From Balamuthia mandrillaris (lineage: Eukaryota): a DNA stretch of 64,000 nucleotides. Positions 58,070 to 64,000 of this stretch are shown in pieces. The stretch's first letter is position 1; each line of letters begins with the position of its first letter. A program made the translations under genes and the position numbers. Below the pieces are notes generated by a model, which did no database searches, had not been told where the DNA came from, and saw only the letters and a program-made list of their open reading frames with translations. The DNA is taken from contig JAVKOQ020000008.1 of NCBI GenBank assembly GCA_031835245.2, positions 124,001 through 188,000 of the forward strand. The letters run 5' to 3'.

Positions 58070-59107
58070 TTGCACACCCTGCAAAAAAACAAAACAACAT
58101 TTGTTCATTTCTTCCTTGCCAAGGAATATGGTATTATTTTTGTAGACAAAATGTAAATTATGTTTGGTATGCATACCTAACGGTGCACCCGAAATGTCTT
58201 TGGAATGTCTATATTCGCGTTTGGCTCGCATTCCAATCTCATCGAAATGGAAGGAAGCGGAAACTCCGTAAAAACTTACTTTCCTAAAAAGCGCCATTGT
58301 TCATCGTTCCAGATCGATCAGCTGCCAGGAAAGGAAAGTGTGCGCTGTTTGTCGTCCATCATTTTGTCCGGACGAAAACAAAAAGCAAGCAAATCTCTCG
58401 CTTCTCGCTCCACCCTAGAACCGCGGCGTAGTGCGCCCACTGCGTTGTTTCGAAACACACGCCCACACCACCCAGCCCATATCCATGGCTATCTTTTCTG
58501 CTCGCGCACACTACAACCATCCAAGGCAGATATAGACTTTTTCATAGCTTGAAATTTTTCCGCTTTTCTTTTTTTTCACTGGCCGCTTTTTGGTTGGCTG
58601 TTCCTTTGTGGTTGTGTTCTCTCTCCTTTCTTCTTGTTCTTCTCCTTTTTGTTTTTGTTTTTGTTTGTTTTATGTTTTGGCGGTCGATAGCCCCCAACAA
58701 ACCATGTTTGTTGTTGTAGTTTGTGGCTCCCGGCGTTTTTCATTGTTGAACGAAGCAGTGTAACCGTTTTTATTTTTATTTATTTATTTTTTTTACAAGC
58801 ACTACCTCAGAAAAAAAACGCAAGTGCTTTTCTCTGGGAGTGAAGTTCCACCGGCACGAAGCTGAGAACCCGACACTCCCTTTTTTTGTCTCCCCTCCTT
58901 GCCAACTCATCTCCTGGATCTTTCCCCCTTTACCTCTGTCTGATACACATCAGCTCACCTATCTACTATCCATCAGCTTCACCCTTCAACCATCCATCCA
59001 TATCCTCCTCTTACTTTGTTTTTGATCTTCTTTTCGTGAACATCTTTTGTCTATCTTTATTTTTATTCATCCAAAGAGATACGAAGGACAACAACAGAGA
59101 TAAAAAG

Positions 59108-62100
59108 ATGGAAAATGACCATCACCACCATCATTCGACTTCATGGGGACTGGTAGCAAACGCAGCAGCAGAGGAGGAGGAAGAAGAACAGAGAGTTTCG
59201 CATGGGGGAAGGTCATCAGCGACCACAAGCGAGGGGCTGGAAGGCTGGCCGGATGGTGAGAGTGATGGTCTCTCTAGATACGGCATGGAGCAGATGCTGC
59301 GCTTGGCAGAGGACAGCGAGCACGCCACCGCCGACTATCATCGTCTCTCCACACGAGCAAGACAGCGAAACGAAAGAGGAGGCCCAGAGAGGGCTGGCGG
59401 ATCCGAGGAGGAGGAGGTGATCTCTGAGGAATGGGACGCGATGAACGAGGAAGAGCTGGACGACGGGGATGACCAGCAGGGCATCCAGGCAGGGTTGATC
59501 TCCCGAACGGACGCAGTCTCCCACGTTATTCATTGGTAAGAAAACTGAAAGCCAACCCCTATCTCTCATCCCTTTCATTCTTTCCTTTTCTTTCACTTCC
59601 GTTCTTTTTTTTTTCTTTAATTGTGATATATTTGCTCCTCACATCTCCTTATCATTTTTTCCTCTGTTTTCTTCCTCCCTCCCTCCCTCCCTCGACCTCG
59701 CGGCTGGTTACTCTCTCTGTTGCTGTACGACCTCCCTGGGTGCAAGGCTGAAAACCACCTACGAGCAAGACAACAACCGCTCCATCTCCAAGAACAGGCT
59801 CTACGAGGACTACGTCCGATTCTGCCATGGGAACAGCATGCAGACCACCACCGGCCCTGCCTTTGGCAAGCTGGTCAAGAGCGCCTTTCCTAGTGTCAAG
59901 TGCTGTCGCCGAGGTCCCCGCAGCAATACTCGTCACCACTACAAGCACTTCTTCTACATCGACAAGCACATGGAGCAGCAACTTCAGGCCCACGAAATGC
60001 ACCTGGAGAACATGCCGCGGTGCACGTTCTCCAGAGCGCTGCCGGCGGATGACTTTGAGGTTCGTAGCGGGCTATTTCACACCTGGACCATGCCCTCGAA
60101 CCAGAGCGGGTCTCGCTCCGAGCCCAACGTAAGCGTGGCGCCCTCGGTGACCTTCCCTCCGACGTCGGCCTCGTGGCCCAGCGCCTTGCCTCGAGGCCGG
60201 GCTCCTTCTGCTACCACAGCACCAAGCACCTCTTCGCCTCACCAACGTGTACGTCAACGTCCTTATACGTCAAACAAGCCCCATCCCCAACCGCCACTTC
60301 CTCTCCCTTCTGACCCGTACGCTCAAATATCGCCCCGTTCACCCTTATCATCTTCTTACCATCCTTCTCCCTCTTCTTCTCTCTCCTCTTCTTCCTCTTC
60401 TCTCATGGACTATCCACATGGCTTCGCTCCACTCGGAGAAGCTGTTGCCAGAACGGGTCCCTCTGCTTCCTGCTCAGCCTCCTCCCCTCCCTCCTCTCCC
60501 TCCAGATGGGGCCACCAACGGCGGCCGCCGCCGCCGCCGCCCCAGGCCTCGCTTGCCTTCTCCTCCTCCTCCTCCTCCTCCTCCTCCTCGGCACTCAAGG
60601 ACCGCTCCACGCCAGGCAACCACCGATCCAGCGCTTCTCCTTATCGCAGGTTGATGGGGAGCGGCTCGGAATCCATGGCAACCGAAACCGGTAACCTGGC
60701 AACAACCAGGGAAGATCTTAAATTGTCGACATATATGGCACGATCTACAGAGATACCAGATCTTCATAATCGTCTTTTGGGGCAACGGGAGCCCTCGTTT
60801 GCCGATTTTGGGCCGTACGCGGAAATTGGCGGCTCAACGCCATCCTTGTGGCAGCCACCTTTGTGGCCTCCTCAACGACCGCCGCAGCAGGACGCCCACC
60901 TTCCGCCAACCCAGCCATCTGGCATCGGCGCCACCATTGTCACCAAAAAGCGGAAAAGCGAGAACGAGCGAAGCAGCGCCTCCCCTGCCCCTGTGCCTTC
61001 CAGCGTAACTGGCACACCGCTCGCCCGGACGCTCTTCAGCCTTGAGCAAGAGGGGACGACGCGCCAGGCCGCCACCGTGGAGCATCCCCACCACGCTTCA
61101 TCGTTCTCCTCCTCCTCCACCTCTTTGGGCGAAGGAGGAGGAGGAGGGGGAGGACAGGGACAGGGTCCCAGAGGAGGAGGAGGAGGAAGGGGAAGTGGTG
61201 GAGGAGGAGGAACAACAACTCGTGGAAGAACCTCCAAAAGCGGAACGGCTGGCAAACGAACACAAGCTTCTCATGGTAGTATCTCCTTGTTTGTTTTTTT
61301 TTTTAATTTTGTGCGATTTTGATTCGATTTTTTTGAAATCACTGACAACGATGTCTTATCTCCACTTTTGCAAAACCGAAAACAAAAACAAAGTGGATGG
61401 TGGGCTTGTTGGAGAACCTTCCTCCTCTCCTCGCTCCATGGACTCCTTTCAAACAACTCCACCGCCATCTGCCTCCACCCTAGCTCAACCCCACCGCCCT
61501 TTTCCTGCTCATCCACAACAAAGCCGTTCGCCCCCTCCTGCTCCTCCTCCCCCTTCTCATTCATCCCCACACTACACAATGCCTCCTCCAGGCGGCCCTC
61601 CTCCTCCTCCTCGTCGGTCTTCTTCCGCTTCTTTCTCCACCTCCTCCTCTGGTCCACCGATTTGGTTTCACATTACATGCCCTTCGCTCACCCTCAACCC
61701 AGACTCTTTCTTCCCTCCGGAAGATCCGGTGGAGAGAGAAGACGCCAGAGCCATTGCCTTTCGGGAGGATCTCTGCCAATTCGCGGCGGACTACCAGCGC
61801 TACGCTCAGGACCTGATCTCGGCCATCTCCCAGTGGAACTGGAACCAGATCAAGGACCTCTTGTTGGACTTTTGGGAGCACGTTCGGGTGCGCTTTTTTC
61901 ATCTCCTCAATTATGAGCGGCTCTGTCAGCAGCTGCTTTCCTTTGAGGAGTGCATGTTTGCCAACATCTTGCAAGGCCTCACTTCCCCTCATCCTTCTGC
62001 TTCATCTCCATCCGGCACTAACAGTGCCAGCACTTCTGGCCAAACAACCACGAAAACTGCAACATCGACGACGTCAACAGAAAGAAAGAGCGCACAGGTT

Positions 62101-62207
62101 GCTGTGCCGGAAAAGCAACGCTTTGCGGTGTTGTTTCCAGAGTGGTTGTTCACGGCTCAGAACCGGGTGTTGCCTGATGCATGGCTAGACCAAACCGTTT
62201 TAGGTTA

Positions 62208-62250
<43 letters not shown>

Positions 62251-63522
62251 ACGTAGACTCTCTTTTTGACCTCTTGCGTTTTCTTTAAAAAAAAAAAGCT
62301 TCCGCAAGATTTAGAGATTCGTTGATGCTGCGGCTAGAACTACAACGACTAGAAGTAGTGCTTGAATCCATCATAGACCGCTCCCTCGCATCTTACCCTG
62401 AGGGCAACAGTAGTGGCATAGATGCCAGTGCTCTTCCTCGTCCTCATGCAACTCCACTCACCTATCGAATGTACGAAGTGTGGCAGCAGCTGGACTTTGA
62501 CCACATCAACAGCGACATAATCCTCTTCGTCACCTACTGTGGCCACAATGCTGTGCGCTTGCCGTCGATCCAGGAAGACGTGGGCGGGTTGCTTTACCGG
62601 CGAGAATCTCTACACGTATGGACAACCTGGCTGCGCAACATGTTCTTCTCGGCGACATCCTCTGGTTCTCTTGCTGAGGGCTACATCTTTGCGCAACAAT
62701 GGGAGCGCTACTCTTCCTGCATTTGGCGAGAGCTTATGCGAGTCTGTTCTTCATCCCCGTCATCTTCTTCCTCATCATCATCGTACCAACAGCAGCACCA
62801 AGACAACCAGTTGGTTTTGACAGCGTTTCGTTGCTTTTTGGATTGGATGAAAGCAGTATTGCAACGGTATAACGAGGATCGCAGTGGATCAGAGTCGGTG
62901 AGAGCCGCAATGATAGTTAGGGAGGCGACAACGACAGCAGCAACAACAGGAAATGATGATCAGAGCTACGACGAGGGATTCTCGGAGCGGCAGTGGTTAT
63001 CATCTTCATCCTCCTCCTTACCCTCCATATGTGACCAGTACAAGAGATAGTAGCGGGAGTGGAAGAGGACCGATGGTAGCCATGAGCGAGCCTTCATCTC
63101 CGCACCACGGTCATTTTTATCCTCCTCCACCTTCTCATTATTTTCCTCCTCCTTCCCAGTCATGGCCGCCTTCATCATCCGTCCCATCACCATCTGCTGA
63201 ACATTATCAACACCAACCACCAAAGCAACCTTCTTTGCCTCCCTCTTCAGAGCGGCATTATCCTCCTCACCCTCATCAACAACATTATCCACCACATCGT
63301 TTACCTCCACCTTCACAACAAGAGGACATATCCTCTCCCTCTTCTGCCTTACATAGCCGACAACCTCCCTCGCGATATCCTCCACAACAACAACCCCTTC
63401 CACCACTGCCACAACAACACTTTTCAACGCCTTCGTCTTCTTCTTATGCTCTTCCTCCACCTCCTCAAAAACGCCAACAACAACAGTCTCGCCCTCTGTC
63501 AAAGACAGCCTCATCTCCTTGA
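59108..63522 (+). CDS. RFX-family winged-helix transcription factor
   Basis: W|LKTTYEQ..SISKNRLYEDYVRFC..PAFGKLVKSAFPSVKCCRRGPRSNTRHHY; helical C-terminal region; last Pro/His exon needs an intron near 62894-62963, otherwise the stop is at 63050. Confidence 0.8.
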
Positions 63523-63758
63523 TACTAATGACGAAACACACAAACGTCTCTCCCTCACTCTTCTCTGTTGTACTTTTTTTTTTGTTTATTTTCTTTGTGA
63601 ATCAGCTGTATGAAAGTGAACAATTCTTTTTTTTTAAGTGCAGAACTTCAACAAAAAATAAAAATAAGAAAACCATAAACTTCATCCAACCCTGAGACCC
63701 TCTCGTTCGTTTGTTATGTACGACGAGGACGATTGCGCAGCTCTTTCCTATCGTCCAA

Positions 63759-64000
63759 CTACTGCTCTGCGTCCTCCAGGGCATCGCCTTCCTCGATGGC
63801 CTTGACCGTGGCTTCGAGCCCTTGTACCCTTTGCTCCAGCTTACGATTCGATTCCAGGATAGCCATGACCTGATGAGCGTCAAGCGTGATTGTTGTGGCG
63901 CTTTTCCTGCCGGTGGGAAAAGGAGCTTTCCTCTTCTTCTTGGAATGATTCTTGGGAGGAGACCGCAGAATGCCCTTTTCTGGACGCGCCGAAAGAGGGG
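63759..64000 (-). CDS. 3' end of a gene entering from beyond the window (basic stretch plus short coiled coil)
   Basis: Open frame ...KKKRKAPFPTGRKS...SNRKLEQRVQGLEATVKAIEEGDALEDAEQ*. Confidence 0.35.
   Translation of the reverse strand, partial: PLSARPEKGILRSPPKNHSKKKRKAPFPTGRKSATTITLDAHQVMAILESNRKLEQRVQGLEATVKAIEEGDALEDAEQ

Noticed and set aside
62953..63522. Programmed frameshift or separate gene at the RFX 3' end
   Set aside because: A plausible short intron (62894-62963 or 62898-62949) joins the two frames

Overview
Gene-dense, intron-rich eukaryotic nuclear DNA. It is most likely from an amoebozoan: the actin D-loop reads [11 protein letters not shown], there is an Fsl-type GPCR, and short introns are filled with (CT)n. 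A Balamuthia/Acanthamoeba-like organism is an inference, not a confirmed identification. About 23 spliced genes can be reconstructed: TAF1C/Rrn6-like, two intronless F-box/ankyrin genes, a type-I membrane protein, SF1/BBP, CEPT-like, Frizzled/Smoothened-like GPCR, PAP2/vanadium-haloperoxidase-like, ENGase, CSN8, makorin-like, 14-3-3, ependymin-like, C2, DOMON, ankyrin, Bet1, MED28, an H2A-domain protein, an LRR kinase, a RING-H2 E3 and RFX. The standout is one gene (10574-17580, minus) encoding BRCT-IPT/TIG-DUF4062-NACHT-TPR fused in frame to a complete but catalytically altered actin, an NLR-like architecture with a candidate integrated actin decoy. Other notable items: a tRNA locus whose intact halves lie in circularly permuted order, flanked by decayed duplicate halves; a perfect 90-bp palindrome inside the F-box/ankyrin cluster; an ENGase with an inserted Fbs1-type sugar-binding domain; an H2A with a very long acidic N-terminus; two probable pseudoenzymes; and a recurrent TGTCGWCA promoter motif. 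Gene models were assembled by eye, and some starts and exon boundaries are approximate.
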